Positions 35,114 to 49,249 of a stretch of 64,000 nt of DNA are shown piece after piece. Location of the stretch: assembly GCF_006345805.1 (NCBI RefSeq), contig NC_043019.1:27899360-27963359 (forward strand), written 5' to 3'. Source of the stretch: Octopus sinensis (lineage: Eukaryota). Each line of letters begins with the position of its first letter. The first letter of the stretch is position 1. The position numbers and the translations under genes were made by a program. The notes under the pieces were generated by a model that worked only from the letters and a program-made list of their open reading frames with translations, had not been told where the DNA came from and made no database searches.

Positions 35114-35518
35114 CATATTTTATCATTTACTTGTTTCAGTCATTAGACTGTGGCCATACTGGGGCACCACCTTGAAGAACTTTTAGTCAAATGAATTAAC
35201 CCCAATACATGTTTATTAATATAATAGCTTGGTAATTACTTTATCGGTCTCTTTTGCCAAACCACTAAGTTACAAGGATGGAAACACACCAACACCAGTT
35301 GTCAAGCAGTGATGGATAGGCTCACACACACACACACACATACATGCACCACACACACACACACATATATATAACGGGCTTCTTTCAGTTTCCATTAACC
35401 AAATCCACTCACAAGGCTACAGTAGAAGAGACTTGTCGAAGCTGCCACACTGTGGGACTGAACCCAGGACCGTGTGGTTGGGAAGCAAGCTTCTTACCAC
35501 ACAGCCATGCCTGCGCCT
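34745..35518 (-). mobile_element. Two tandem SINE family A copies (34745-35072, 35120-35518)
   Basis: Reverse-complement heads end at 35072 and 35518. Confidence 0.75.
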
Positions 35519-35525
35519 ATCTATA

Positions 35526-35558
<33 letters not shown>

Positions 35559-35646
35559 GAATACATACACACACACACATATATATGAATAAACACAACA
35601 CCATATATATGAATACATACACACACACACATATATATGAATACAT

Positions 35647-35702
<56 letters not shown>

Positions 35703-36115
35703 TGACATGTATATGTAATGGTGTGTGTATATAAGCCTCTTCTCTATCTTAACTTGTCATTGTTCTCTATCGCTCCACCACCATTCTGCTCAACCACCGA
35801 TGGTATTATTAATAAAACTGCTCATCCTACTGACGTGAGCAACAACAACAACAACAAACAACACCCACTACCACCGATAACAACAGCAACAACAACTAAC
35901 ATCTGCTAACCATCCAGTATCAACAACAACAACAACAACAACAACAAACATGCAACTCTCCACCCTCGCTACCACTCCCCTCTCCTCCTCCTCCTGCTCT
36001 CCCCCCCCCCCGATCACCTCCACCCACCCCTCCACACACACACATCTAGTTTCTGTAAAAGCTCACTGACAGTAATCTACCAATTCCATTACTGTCAGAG
36101 CTTCTCTTGCCAAAC

Positions 36116-36116
<1 letters not shown>

Positions 36117-36147
<31 letters not shown>

Positions 36148-36360
36148 TATGTGCGTGTGTGTGTGTATGTGCGTGTGTGTGTGTATGTGCGTGTGTGTGT
36201 GTATGTATGTGCGTGTGTGTATGTGTGTGTGTGTATGTGTGTGTGTGTATGTGCGTGTGTATGTGCGTGTGTGTATGTATGTGCGTGTGTGTGTGTGTGT
36301 ATGTGCGTGTGTGTGTGTATGTGCGTGTGTGTGTGTGTGTGTGTATGTGTGTGTGTGTGA
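36117..36360. repeat. (GT)n compound microsatellite
   Basis: Direct inspection. Confidence 0.95.
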
Positions 36361-37080
36361 AAGAGAGAGGGAGAGAAAGGAAGTGTTTGTTTGTGTGTGT
36401 GTGTGTGTATGTCTGTCAGTGTGACTATATGTGCGAGTTTTTAAGTCTGCCTCTGTTTGTGCATGTGTGTGTGTGTGTGTGCGCGTTTCTCTTTATCTCA
36501 GTATGCGTTTGTCGTTTGGCTGCATGTTTGATCCAACCCACATGTACGCATACACACACACACACACACACGCTCGCTCGCATATACACATACATGCATT
36601 ATTCTAACCACGTGTGTGTGGTGTGTCTGTGTCTGTGTGTCCGCACGCATGTGTATGAGTGAATGTGTGTGTGAGCAATAGAGAGGTGTGTGGAAGGGTG
36701 TGGTGAGAGGATAATTGAAGACAGATAACAGAGATAAGGGTGGGGGTGGAGAATTAAGCAGAATTAGCCTCCCCCCTCCCTGACTTCCTCTCGCACATAC
36801 TCACACATCCTCTCCCCCTCGTCTCCCTCCCCTCCCAACTCTCTCTCTCCTTCACTGTCATTCCTGGGAGGACAGCTCTGTTACTGTACAGGCAGCTGGT
36901 TGTCTCACCCATCCTGCCTCGCTTCTCCCCACATCACAGACATATATGTACAAACATAACTTGTAAATAGATAGATGGCTAGATACACACATAGTTCAGT
37001 ATGTGTGTGTGTGTAATATGTATGTGTGTATATGTGTGTATGTATGTGTATATATATATATATATATATGTATACATGTG

Positions 37081-37119
<39 letters not shown>

Positions 37120-37303
37120 ATATATAATATATCTACAACACATGTGTTTGTGTAAATATGTCTGTGAATGTGTGTGTGTATATATATATATATAATATAT
37201 ATATATATATACATACATACATACATGCATGCACACACATATGTATATGTGTGTGTGTGCCTATGTGTACATATATTTACATATATGTATGTGTGTGTAT
37301 ACT

Positions 37304-37341
<38 letters not shown>

Positions 37342-38079
37342 GTATCTGTTCATATAAGTGTTTGTGTGGTGTGTATATATATATATATATATATATATGC
37401 ACTCACACTGCATACATACACGCACCTTAAATAAACTCTGTCCAACCCATGCAAGCATAGAAAAGTAGACTTTAAATGATAATGATGATGGATGGATCGA
37501 TGAATGGATGAATGTGTTTACAGGGAAGAGAGAAGGTAGGAGGAATGTGACATAACCAGCCACGTCTTTATATTGGTTGATTAGTTGAGAAGTTTTCTTC
37601 ACAACCATAAGGCTATAGTTTCAATCCTACCACGTGGCATCTCAGTGGAGTATATTTTAACATAGCATCGGGTCGTTCCAAGCATTTTGAGAGTGAAACT
37701 TGATAGATGTATGAGCATTGAGAAACTCATAAAATGGATTGTTCTTTTAATTCAGAGGCCTGGCGTTATGCTGATTCTATTAGAGAATTGCATTAAAGGT
37801 ATTGGGTCTAAGGAATACACAGCCAGATTGCATGCTAATTCTATGAGCAGATAATCCAGCTAATTGGAAGCTCATTTATTGGTAACAGAGGCCATCATGT
37901 GTGTGTGTGTGAGTGTATAGTGTATATATGTGTGTGTGTGTATATGTGTGTATATAGTATATGTGTATATATATATATGTGTGTGTGTGTGTATATATAT
38001 ATATGTGTGTGTGTGTGTGTATATATATGTGTGTGTATGTATGCATGTAGGTATAATGTGTGTGTGTATATATAATAAG

Positions 38080-38236
38080 CGCTGGAGTGGCCTTGTGGTA
38101 AGAAGTTTGCTTCCCAATCACATGGCTCCAGGTTCAGTCCCACTGTGTGGCACCTTGAGCAAGTGTCTTCTACTATAGCCTGAGGCCGACCAAAAGGAGT
38201 GGATTTGGTTGACGGAAACTGAAAGAAGCCTGTCGC

Positions 38237-38303
<67 letters not shown>

Positions 38304-38495
38304 GTGTGTGTCTGTGGTTTGTTACCCACCATCGCTGTCAACCGATGTTGGTGTGTTACATCCGCGTAACTTTGGTTTGGTGAAAGACTGATAGAATAAG
38401 TACTAGGCTTAGAAGGAATAAGGCTGGCGTCAATTTGTTCGACTAAAGGTGGTGCTGCAGCATGGCCACAGTCAAATGACTGAAACAAGTAAAAT
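38080..38495 (+). mobile_element. SINE family A with expanded (TA)n linker
   Basis: Head at 38080, tail at 38495. Confidence 0.8.
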
Positions 38496-38558
38496 AATAA
38501 AAAATAAAAGCATGTGTGTGTGTGTATATGTATGTATGTATGTATATATATATATATA

Positions 38559-38606
<48 letters not shown>

Positions 38607-38719
38607 CATACACACCGAAGGGTGCAACACCTGCAAGGGACCAATGCAAGATGGGTCAAAGCTATCACTATGATGAATAATGATTCCCAGTAATTCCATT
38701 TTCAATTTCACTAATTTGT

Positions 38720-38753
<34 letters not shown>

Positions 38754-38885
38754 TATAGTGTGTGTGTATGTATATATATATATATATTGGTAAAAATGGT
38801 AAGATAACAAAAGAAAGAAAGAGACCTCAATATTATGTAAATAGAGGAATTTATCTGTAAAATAATATGTGACAGTTATTCAGTA

Positions 38886-38970
38886 GCCAAGATAAAACTC
38901 TTGAGTTTCGGATGCCGAGGTGGAAATCCACCCCACCATATATCTATCTGTCTATCTTCGGTTGTCTGGC
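38886..38970 (-). ncRNA. Degenerate hammerhead-like motif (core CCGAAGA, helix III ACUC-AA-GAGU)
   Basis: Minus strand: gccagacaa|ccgaaga|...cc|gaaa|ctcaagag|tt|ttatcttggc; stem II interrupted by (AGAT)-like expansion. Confidence 0.45.
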
Positions 38971-39134
38971 CACATGGTGCAGTTGTGACTAGTTTAGGAA
39001 GCTTCACAACCACATAGTTCCAGGTTCTATGAAATGGCATTTTTGGCAAGTGTTTCCAATTATAGCTCCAGTGTGACCATGCCTTCTGAATTGGAATTGG
39101 TAAACAGAAAATATGAGAAAGCCTGTTATGTGTG

Positions 39135-39168
<34 letters not shown>

Positions 39169-40134
39169 ACATCTTTGTTTACATTCCATAACTTAGCAGC
39201 TGCACGAAGAGGTATTGGTAAACAACAGGCTTACAAAGCATTTAGAAAAGCACAACTGCTGGCACCAGAATGGTGCTCCAGCATGGGCTGCTGTCTAATG
39301 ACTAAACCACCAATAAAATGAGAAAGAGAGAGAGAGAGAGTGTGCATGTGTGTGTGCACATGTACATGTATGAGTGTGTACCCGTGTGTGTGTGTGTGTG
39401 TCTGTATACTTACATGTGCACAGCATGAATGTCAAAGCATCTCTCCAAATTACTCCATCAGCCTCTACCACCACCACCACCACCACTACCACCACAATCA
39501 TCCCACTGCCACCCTCTTATATTCTGCAGCCTGATTATTCACACACACACACAAACACAAACACACACACAAAACACTCTCTTCCTCCCCCTCCTATAAC
39601 TCTACTCCTCCTCCTTCCTTCCTCCCTCTGCCTCCCCTTCCTCTTCTTTCATCCAATCCAATGACTGTCTCATTCCAACAGGCTAGATCATAGGATCTAA
39701 TCACACTGTCTCCATCTGTCACAGTCCAATAGCCAGCTACCGCTGCTGCTGTTGACTGACTGACTACCACTACTACTACTACTACTACTACCACTACTAT
39801 TACTACCACTACTACTACTAGCAGTGTGCCTATATGAGCTGCTGCTGCTGCTTTCATAGTATTAAAACAACTACCACAACAACTGTTTCTATTATTAATA
39901 ATATCACCACCACCACCACCACTGCTACTACTACACCTACAGTTGTAGCAGCAGCAGTAGTGTAAGTATCACTACAACTGCTGCTACTACTACTACTATT
40001 ACTACTGACTCAACCACAACATGGATATAGCTGCTGCTGCCGCTGCCATAGGGTAAATACTAGCATTACTACTACCACCACCACCACCACTACTACTACT
40101 ATTACAAATACAATAACAACAACTAATATTACTA

Positions 40135-40247
40135 TTGCCTATCTCTCTCTATCTATCTATCTATCTACCTATCTGTCTGTCTATCTATCTGTCTATCTAT
40201 CTGTCTGTCTATCTCTCTATCTATCTGTCTGTCTATCTATCTGTCTG

Positions 40248-40300
<53 letters not shown>

Positions 40301-40500
40301 GTCTGTCTATCTCTCTATCTATCTGTCTGCCTGTCTGTCTATCTATCTGTCTGTCTATCTATCTCTATATCTGTCTGTCTGTCTGTCTATCTATCTATAT
40401 GTGTGTCTATCTATCTATCTATCTGTCTGTCTATCCATCCTTCTATATATCTGTCTATCTATCTCTCTGTCTATCTATCTATATATATATCTATCTGTCT
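40135..40500. repeat. (ATCT/GTCT)n microsatellite
   Basis: Direct inspection. Confidence 0.95.
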
Positions 40501-41958
40501 ATCTATATGTACATGTGTGCATACACATGTGTATATATACATACATACATACATATCAAATATATATATGTCCATCTATATTCCTTACATATATGTTTAT
40601 ATATCTATCTATCTATCTTTCAATCTAACTACCTTTTTTAGTTAAGTATAAGTATCTGTGTTTGTCTATATATATGTGTGTAATTGTGTGTATATATATA
40701 TATATATATATATAGACATGTATATGTTTATCAATGTATTTATACATCTGTCTATCACTGTCTTTATGTTGGTAATGCCTTTGGGAAATACATTAATGTC
40801 ACAACTTCCCAATTATCTAAATGCCCTTCCTTCCAAGCCCTCCCCCTCCCCGAAACTTCTCACGCTTCCTCTCACTTTCTACCTGAGTAAACAAAGTTCT
40901 TTGCTGCTGTTGTTGTTGTTGTTTTCTTGTGGTTGTTGTTGTTCTTATTACATGTGTCAAATACTGTCGTGGATGTTGTTTAACCCCATGTCACTCTGAC
41001 AGAGCTGGTCAGGGAGCAAAAGCTTTCCAACCTTGACTACCCTGTCTTTACTTATTTCCAAACAAAGTATCTAGAACTATATTATCTTGCATGTCCTCTT
41101 CATGTTTTTCAAAACAGCAGAGTACAGTTTGAAGGAGATTTGGTTGCTATTTCTAGCATGTTGAGCAACCAAGTGGAGGCTTAATATACTGTTGTTATTA
41201 TTGTTGTATAGCCCCTACATCATCTCTAGTTGATCACACTCATGCCACAGGGGCCCTGAATTATGTGATCCTTAAACCCATTGCATCACATAACACATCA
41301 CAATTCTACTGTGTACTCAGATATGCTATGTTGACGGTTGCTGTTTAACCCTAGGTCAACTGCTAATAAACACCATTATGATCAGACATTCTGTGATCGT
41401 CTTGTTTTTTAAGGGTATCTTTTCTTTTTCACATCATTATCCAATGTACAATCTCCATGTTTAATGCAGTAGGATGTGATTTGAGGAAGATTTGGCTGTT
41501 GTTTTTAGCAGATTGAGTGAATGCATTGAGGGGTCCCATGCAGTATTTTATCACATGGGTTGCATGTGGTGTGGCTCAGGCAAGTTGCATTATCTCCGCA
41601 ATCCATCGATTGTTGTTATTGTGTAGTCCCAAAACATAAAGGAGTTAAAACTTATAGGGAACTAGGCCCCATTTCTGTCATTATACAAATAGTTTATATT
41701 GAACTAAGCCCCATTTCTGTCATTATATGAAAAGTTAATGGGTAGTGGCTCTTTCTGTGACCACCACATCTCCACATTTCAAGTAAAGGATCTTTTATTA
41801 CGGAAGTCTTGAAGTGAACGGAATAACCAGTCACGTTGTCAATAAATAACTTCAACCACCACAACTATTTCACTCAAGTGGTGACAAGTGCAGGACATCA
41901 ACAGTTTTTTGAAATTTGCGCACACAAACACACATACATCATCATCATTATCATTTAA

Positions 41959-42180
41959 CCCTTTAGCATTTAAACCGGCCACATCCAGCCAGAAGTATTC
42001 TACCTGTTCTATGGTCAAACTGGCCAGATCTGGTCTCTCACACCAACCCTACAATATCGTTTTAAAAATTAACAGCTATCTCATCAAAATCTCATAGCTA
42101 CAAGATTAATGACTGATTAGTTCAAAACAATGTGGATAAAAAAGCATTAATCTTGGCAGAATAATGCGAACACTAAAGGG
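41959..42180. mobile_element. piggyBac-like MITE
   Basis: ttaa|ccctttag ... ctaaaggg|ttaa (TTAA target duplication, CCC-start TIR). Confidence 0.65.
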
Positions 42181-42184
42181 TTAA

Positions 42185-42500
42185 TGTCCATTGTCCATAC
42201 TGGCAAGGGTTGGATGGTTTGACCTGGGCTGGTGGTAAGCTGAGGGGCTGCACCAGACTCCAGTCTGATTTGGCATGGTTTCTGTGGCTTGATGCTTCCT
42301 AACGCCAACCACTCCAAGAGTGTTATGGATGCTTTTACATGCCACTGGCACACGTGCCAGTTGCATAACACCAGTGTCTACCACAACTACAATTTCACTT
42401 GGCTTGATGGGTCTTCTACTCAAGCCTGGCATATTGCCGAAAGTCTTGGTCATTTGTCATTGCCTTCTTGTGACCCAAGGCTTGAAAGGTACTTTTTAAG
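42185..42500 (-). mobile_element. RTE-family LINE 3' end copy
   Basis: Reverse complement colinear with 21909-22225. Confidence 0.65.
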
Positions 42501-43218
42501 TGCCACATGCACGGATACTAATGTGTGTGTGTGTGTGTGTGTGGTGTGTGTAACTTTATATACATACATATATATAGATATGTATATTCTTTTATTCTTT
42601 TACTTGTTTCAATCATTTGACTGTGGCCAGGCTGAAGCACCTGTATATATATATATATGTATTTCCAAAGGTCTGTGGCATTATTTTTTATAAATTGTTA
42701 ATAACTCTGAAAAAAAAATCCTTCTTTAAATATTGTAAAAGAATCAAGTATTTTTTGCAAACACTTGGCATGGCTCTGTGGTAAGAAGGTCCCTTCCCAA
42801 CCAGATGGCTCCAAGTTCAGTCCCACTGTGCAGCCCCTTGAGCAAGTACCTTTGACTGTAGACCCAGGCCAAGCATAGCCTTGTGAGTAGACTTAGCTGA
42901 TGGAAACTGAAAGAAGCCCATCATATATGTGTCTTTGTGTTTGCCCCCCCCCCATCACTGCTTGACAGCCAGTGTTGGTTTGTTTACATCCTCTGTATCT
43001 TAGCAATTCAGCAAAAGAGAGATTATATAATAAGTACCAGGCTTTAAAAAAAAAGTATAAATGTAAACTATATAACTGTGTGTGTGTGTGTGAATCTTAG
43101 TGTGTGTATTTATCAGAGTGTAAAGGATGATAGCTACATAATTGTGTGTGTGTGAGTTTCTATAATTTATATATATGTGAATGTACATATATATTTTATA
43201 TATATCTATATATATACA

Positions 43219-43267
<49 letters not shown>

Positions 43268-43355
43268 TAATTGTGTGTGTGTGAGTTTCTATAATTTATA
43301 TGTGAATGTACATATATATTATATATATTATATCTATATATATACATACATACAT

Positions 43356-43394
<39 letters not shown>

Positions 43395-44019
43395 CATAAA
43401 TACATGCATACATACATATGTATGTGAGAATATAATTTGTATTGTTTAAGTTAGGCACGTGTATCTCTGTTTTAGTGTGTATGTGTGTGTGTATTTATCT
43501 GTAATAATCCTAAGATAAATGTGTCTTTGCATATTCATATATTATGCATGTGTGTGTGTGTGTGTAGGTGTGAATACCTGAATGTCACATGTTAGTCTTA
43601 AATAGTGAAGTGTGTGAGTGTTTGTAGAGTTGTGTGATGAAAATGTAAAATTATACTGTGGGCGTGGTATGTGTGATATGTTTATCAATAAATATCTGTA
43701 CTATAACTGTCTTTCCGTGTGTATATATATATATAATATAATATATAATATATATATTCTCTCTTCTCTGTTTATGCACATGTTTGTATGTCTATCATCA
43801 TCATTATCTTCATCCTTTAACGCCCATGTTCCATGCCGGCATGGGTTGCACAGTTTAACCCTCTACTGACAGCATCCCTATTCACGTCCCATACAACTTT
43901 CATGAGCCATTTGTCTGCTCTTAGCTTCCTTAGAGACCACCAGATCACAGAGCATTTGCAGATACATAATGTATATATACTCTGTGTGTGTGTGTGTGTG
44001 TGTTTGTGTGTGTGTGTAG

Positions 44020-45230
44020 ATATATCTATATTTGTATATGTATATATGTAATACATGTATGTATGTCTATAAATTTGGGTGTGTAAATATATACACACTT
44101 ACACACGCATATACAGATGTATCTATATTTGTATATATATATAAATATACATGTATGTATGTCTATAAATTTGTGTATGTAAATATATACACACTTACAC
44201 ATGCATATACAGATGTATCTATATTTGTATATATATATAAATATATATTTGTATATATATAAATATACGTTTATGTATGTCCATAAATTTGTGTGTGTAA
44301 ATATATACACACTTAAACACGCATATACAGATGTCTATATTTGTAATATATAAATAACTGTATGTATGTCTATAATTTGTGTATGTAAATATATACACAC
44401 TACACACGCTATACGATGTATCTATTTTTGTATATATATAATATATATTTGTATATATAGAAATACGTGTATGTATGTCTATAAATTTGTGTATGTAGTC
44501 CATAAATTTGTGTGTAAATATATACACACTTAACACGCATATACAGATGTATCTATATTTGTATGTATATAATTATACATGTATGTATGTCTAAAACTTT
44601 GTGGTATGTAAATATATACACACACACACACAGATGTATCTATATTTGTACATATATAATATACATGTATATATGTCTATAAATTTGTGTATGTAAATAT
44701 ACACACACACACACACATACATCTATATTTGTACATATATAATTATACATGTATGTATGTATGTCTATAAATTTGTGTATGTAAATATACACACACATGC
44801 ACACACACATTTATATACAGTTCTATCTATATTTGTATATATATATATATATAATATATATTTGTATATATATAAATATACGTTTATGTATGTCCATAAA
44901 TTTGTGTGTGTAAATATATACACACTTAAACACGCATATACAGATGTATCTATATTTGTATGTATATAATTATACATGTATGTATGTCTAAAACTTTGTG
45001 TATGTAAATATATACACACACACACACAGATGTATCTATATTTGTACATATATAATTATACATGTATATATGTCTAAAAATTTGTGTATGTAAATATACA
45101 CACACACACACACATACATCTATATTTGTACATATATAATTATACATGTATGTATGTATGTCTATAAATTTGTGTATGTAAATATACACACACATGCACA
45201 CACACATTTATATACAGTTCTATCTATATT

Positions 45231-45266
<36 letters not shown>

Positions 45267-45303
45267 TACCTGTATACATGTTTATAAATTTGTGTATGTA
45301 AAT

Positions 45304-45334
<31 letters not shown>

Positions 45335-45335
45335 T
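44020..45335. repeat. Microsatellite-derived tandem array, ~85-115-bp units, ~397-bp higher-order duplication
   Basis: atctatatttgta recurs at 44024, 44121, 44217 and onward; block at 44551 recurs at 44948. Confidence 0.88.
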
Positions 45336-45566
45336 ATTTGTGTATGTTGAGCATTTCTTTCAAAGCTAGTATATAAAAAATTCAGCACCCAACTTTAGTC
45401 AGTATGGACATGACTATGGGGAGTATTACAGAAATAGACATATATAATCGTGATATTTTAGTAAATGGCTCTATAGGTATCTGATTAGTTTCATATGGAT
45501 TCTTTTATTTAGTTTCAGTTATTGGACTGTGGGCTTTGCTGGGACATCACCTTGAAGGGCTTAGAT

Positions 45567-46126
45567 CAGTGGTTCCCAAAGTGGGAGGTTCTGCTCCCCT
45601 TGGGAGTGGTGGAAAGATCTAGGGGTGGGGGTGTCGAAGAAAAGTGGGACGATGGATGTAAAAGAAAAATGATAAAATAAGGGATTAATTGGGTTAAGTT
45701 TTATTTGTGAAATGTGAAGGCTTGTGGCTTAGTGGTATTCAGCGCATGGTTGTAATGTCATGAGTTCAATTCCCAGGAATGTGTTGTGTCCTTGAGCAAG
45801 ACACTTTATTTCATGTTCCACTCAGCTGGCAAAAATGAGTTGTACCTGTAATTCAAAAGGGCCAGGCCTTGTCACATTCTGTGGAGCGCTCAGCCACTTG
45901 CCCGTTAATTTCATGAGCAGGCTGTTCCGTCGACTGGATCAACTGGAACCATCGTCGTCATAACCAACGGAATGGCAATTGGTTAGTTTTATTTGTGAAA
46001 TATAGTTGTTTTGAATTTGCTGCAGAAAGGGGTCTGTGTTTGTGATAGGGAGTGGGGGAGAGGTCGCTAGGAATGTGGTCCGGGTGTCAAGAAAGTGGCA
46101 GCCTGCAAAAGTTTAGGGAACTACTG
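45567..46126. mobile_element. hAT MITE
   Basis: TIRs cagtggttcccaaa / tttagggaactactg; 8-bp TSD gcttagat / gtttagat. Confidence 0.8.
45714..45977 (+). mobile_element. SINE (head D, tail D) inserted in a hAT MITE, with a ~24-bp target-site duplication
   Basis: Flanks attgggttaagttttatttgtgaaat (45688-45713) and attggttagttttatttgtgaaat (45978-46001). Confidence 0.75.
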
Positions 46127-46539
46127 GTTTAGATGATCAAATTGATCCAAATACTCGCAAAGTTATGGAAACATAAACAAACCAACAGTGTGTGTGTGTA
46201 TGTGTCTGCACATACATCATCATCATCATCAGTTAACGTCCGCTTTCCATACTGGAATGGGTTAGATGGTTTGGTTGGAACTGGTATGCCAGAGAGCTGC
46301 ATACCAAGTTCCAATCTGATTTGGCATGGTTTCTACGGTTGGATACCTTTCCTAACACCAACCACTCCAGGAGTGTAATGCGTACTTTTATGTGCCACCA
46401 GCACAAGTGTCACTTACGTCACAAATACACACACACACACACACACACAAGCAAAGTAACTAGCTCTAAAATCTTGATAAGAGATACAAATAGTAACTCT
46501 ACTGTAAAGTAATGGTTGTTGCCCCCTTAACATGGTTGT

Positions 46540-46585
46540 TCTGTACTGAGGACAGGTAAGACCCTGAAACCAGCTGGTCTACTGG
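46540..46585 (+). ncRNA. Type I hammerhead ribozyme, canonical core (extra C after A9), GUC site (cleavage after 46579)
   Basis: tctgta|ctgagga|c|agg-taagac-cct|gaaa|ccagctgg|tc|tactgg; helix III palindrome ACCAGCUGGU. Confidence 0.72.
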
Positions 46586-46782
46586 TCCTGTCACTGCTGG
46601 ATGGGAGTTGTTCACTCCCTTGTTTGCAATATAATGGACACAGATATTATGTCAATAACCAACTGAAGGGGGTGTCCTCCTGGGGTTAAAAAGAGTAGTA
46701 ACATTGTTCTGTACAGAATAACCACATTGAGGTGATAATAACCATTGCTTTATATATATAATTGTGTGTGTGTGTGTATAAT

Positions 46783-46948
46783 GAGGGGGTGCTGAAAAGT
46801 TTGTGGTATTAAGGGTACCGTGAAAGGCCTGAAGGACTATGCAGTAAGTGTGAATCTGAGCGGGGAATATGCTGAATAAAATCAGATTTAACTGATCCCT
46901 TCCTATATTTTCTTTTACATAAAGCCAGGAACTTTTCAGCACACCCTT
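46783..46948. mobile_element. Tc1/mariner-type MITE
   Basis: TIR gagggggtgctgaaaagt / acttttcagcacaccct; family copies at 55466-55666, 56509-56954, 63736-63949. Confidence 0.7.
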
Positions 46949-47349
46949 ATGTGTGTCTGTATATAAGCTACTTACCACACAGGCACTCCTGTGCCGATAT
47001 ATATATAATATGTATTTTCACATATATTATCAGTAAAATTATTGGTTTCCATTTTATACTTGTATCTGATAACCAGTATCCTTGGGGCTCCCAAAGTGTT
47101 TGGATCTTCTGGGACCCGTATAAGAGGGGTTTAAAGGGAAGCTCCCAAAATCACACCCTAACAATACAGATATCAATGAATATTGGTTTTGTTGCTGACA
47201 AATATGTCTCTACCAGAAGAGGTCCTCTCAGCCACAGTAGAGTCCATACAAGAACAAGAAGAACAATGAACCATCACACACATATACACACTCACATACC
47301 TAGTCATACACGTGTGCACATCATAGAAGTGTCATGTTAACGCAGACAT

Positions 47350-47383
<34 letters not shown>

Positions 47384-47516
47384 ACACACACTGTAATATT
47401 TGCTTTTGTTTTAGATTTTCATAATATACATTACTACCAAGAAATAAAACAAAAGTTTATATATATGTGTGTGTGTGTTTAATTACTTTAACAACTCTTG
47501 CACAATGTAATTCTTT

Positions 47517-47553
<37 letters not shown>

Positions 47554-48056
47554 ATTTATTTATATATTTATATGAATTTGTGTGTGTGTGTGTATATATA
47601 TATATGCATGTATGCATATATGTATGTATATATTTATTTGTATATATGAATTTATATATTTATACACATACACACACACACACAAAGAAGCTTTAATTTT
47701 CAACATGTTATTTAAAACACCCCACACAATTATGCTCCAATTTTAGCCACTTTTAACAATGAACTTTCATTTTTGTTGTTGCTTTGCTTTGTTCTTTCCT
47801 TTCTATTTTGCTTGAAACCATAAATGTCCTGAATTCATGGATCTTTCTCAACGTACCACCGGGTCATCTTCTCTCTGGGTCGATTGATTATTTGTAACAG
47901 TATCTATTACCAAATTGTAATTGTACACACCTTGACAACAAAACAAAGACCAGTTTTACAATGTCATATCTTCTTTCCAATGGCTGCACTATCTCTTTGA
48001 TGTGAAGTATTCTGTTCCAACTTCATTTTTACAAGAGAGGAAAGAAGCCTCTATCT

Positions 48057-48292
48057 CAGTGGTTCTCAGCTGGGGTCCATATGGCCTTTAGGGGTCCCTA
48101 TAAGATTTTCTGTTAAATTTGGTTATACTTCTATAATACAAAAAATGGTATAACAATTTTTTAAATTCCCAATTATGTTTAATTATGAAAATATAATTGG
48201 ATTTTTTTAACGTTGAATGGTTAGGAGGGTCCATCTGTGTGAAATAGGAATCAAAGGAGTTCATAAGTAAAAGAAATGGTTGAAAAATACTG
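48057..48292. mobile_element. hAT MITE
   Basis: TIRs cagtggttctcagc / ggttgaaaaatactg; 8-bp TSD ctctatct / ctctatgt. Confidence 0.75.
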
Positions 48293-48413
48293 CTCTATGT
48301 AATCACTCACCCTTGAGAAATAGCAGCTCAATGTACCTCAAAAGTACTGCATTAGTTAGTCTAGTCCAGGATATATAAAACAACAGTGTTTATTGGTTGA
48401 ATGTCTTTGGTCA

Positions 48414-49071
48414 TACTGTGTTTTCCAGCATCCAAGTTGAGTTTTTCAGACCAATATTTACCACCAAAAATATGTTGGTCGACTTATATACCAAGACGAC
48501 TTTTAAGGACCAAAAAATTCCATGTGAAATGCAGCAGGATTTGGAAAGACAGGAACAATATTTGAATGTTTACACTACGTTTGCCAATTCGTATGTCATA
48601 AAATACTCTCTCTTTACTCTTTTACTTGTTTCAGTCGTTTGACTGCGGCCATGCTAGAGCACCGCCTTTAGTCGAGCAAATCGACCCCAGGACTTATTCT
48701 TTGTAAGCCCAGTACTTATTCTATCGCTCTCTTTTGCCGAACCGCTAAGTGATGGCGATGTAAACTATATGTGTGCATGAACTAACAACAAAGGAAACCG
48801 CTATATGGTCACTAAACCTGTTAGAAATAGCAGCTAAATCTCTTTCATATAATACCCATTAGTCTTACTATATTTTCTAGCATACAACTTAAATCTTTGA
48901 CTTTACTGCCAAAAAAAAAAATAAAATAAAAGTAGTGTAATTTATACACAACGATGACTTTGAAGGACCAAAAAGTCCTTGAGAAAATTCAGCAGGATTT
49001 GGAAAGATAGTGATGATGTTTGAATGTTTACACTATATACTGTGTCGACTTGTATGCCAGAAAATACAGTA
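48414..49071. mobile_element. pogo/Tc2-like MITE with an internal duplication and nested SINE A tail
   Basis: TIRs tactgtgttttccagcat / atgccagaaaatacagta; same right TIR at about 11160-11180. Confidence 0.55.
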
Positions 49072-49249
49072 AGCCTGTTCTGTTGAGATGGAGCTAGGGT
49101 TAAACAAATAGTAAGACCAGTGAGCCACCATGACTGAATTACATCTTGATTGTTGAAATCAAACCAACAAAAATGGACATTATCATTCCACTAAGTTTTG
49201 GCTACTCTAAAATGGTATTAAGAAATACCAGATGCATCTATCACAACTA

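Noticed and set aside
47848-47930. Possible minus-strand terminal exon (VYNYNLVIDTVTNNQSTQREDDPVVR*)
   Set aside because: Only an acceptor-like site and 26 open codons, which is expected by chance; no homology and no partner exons.
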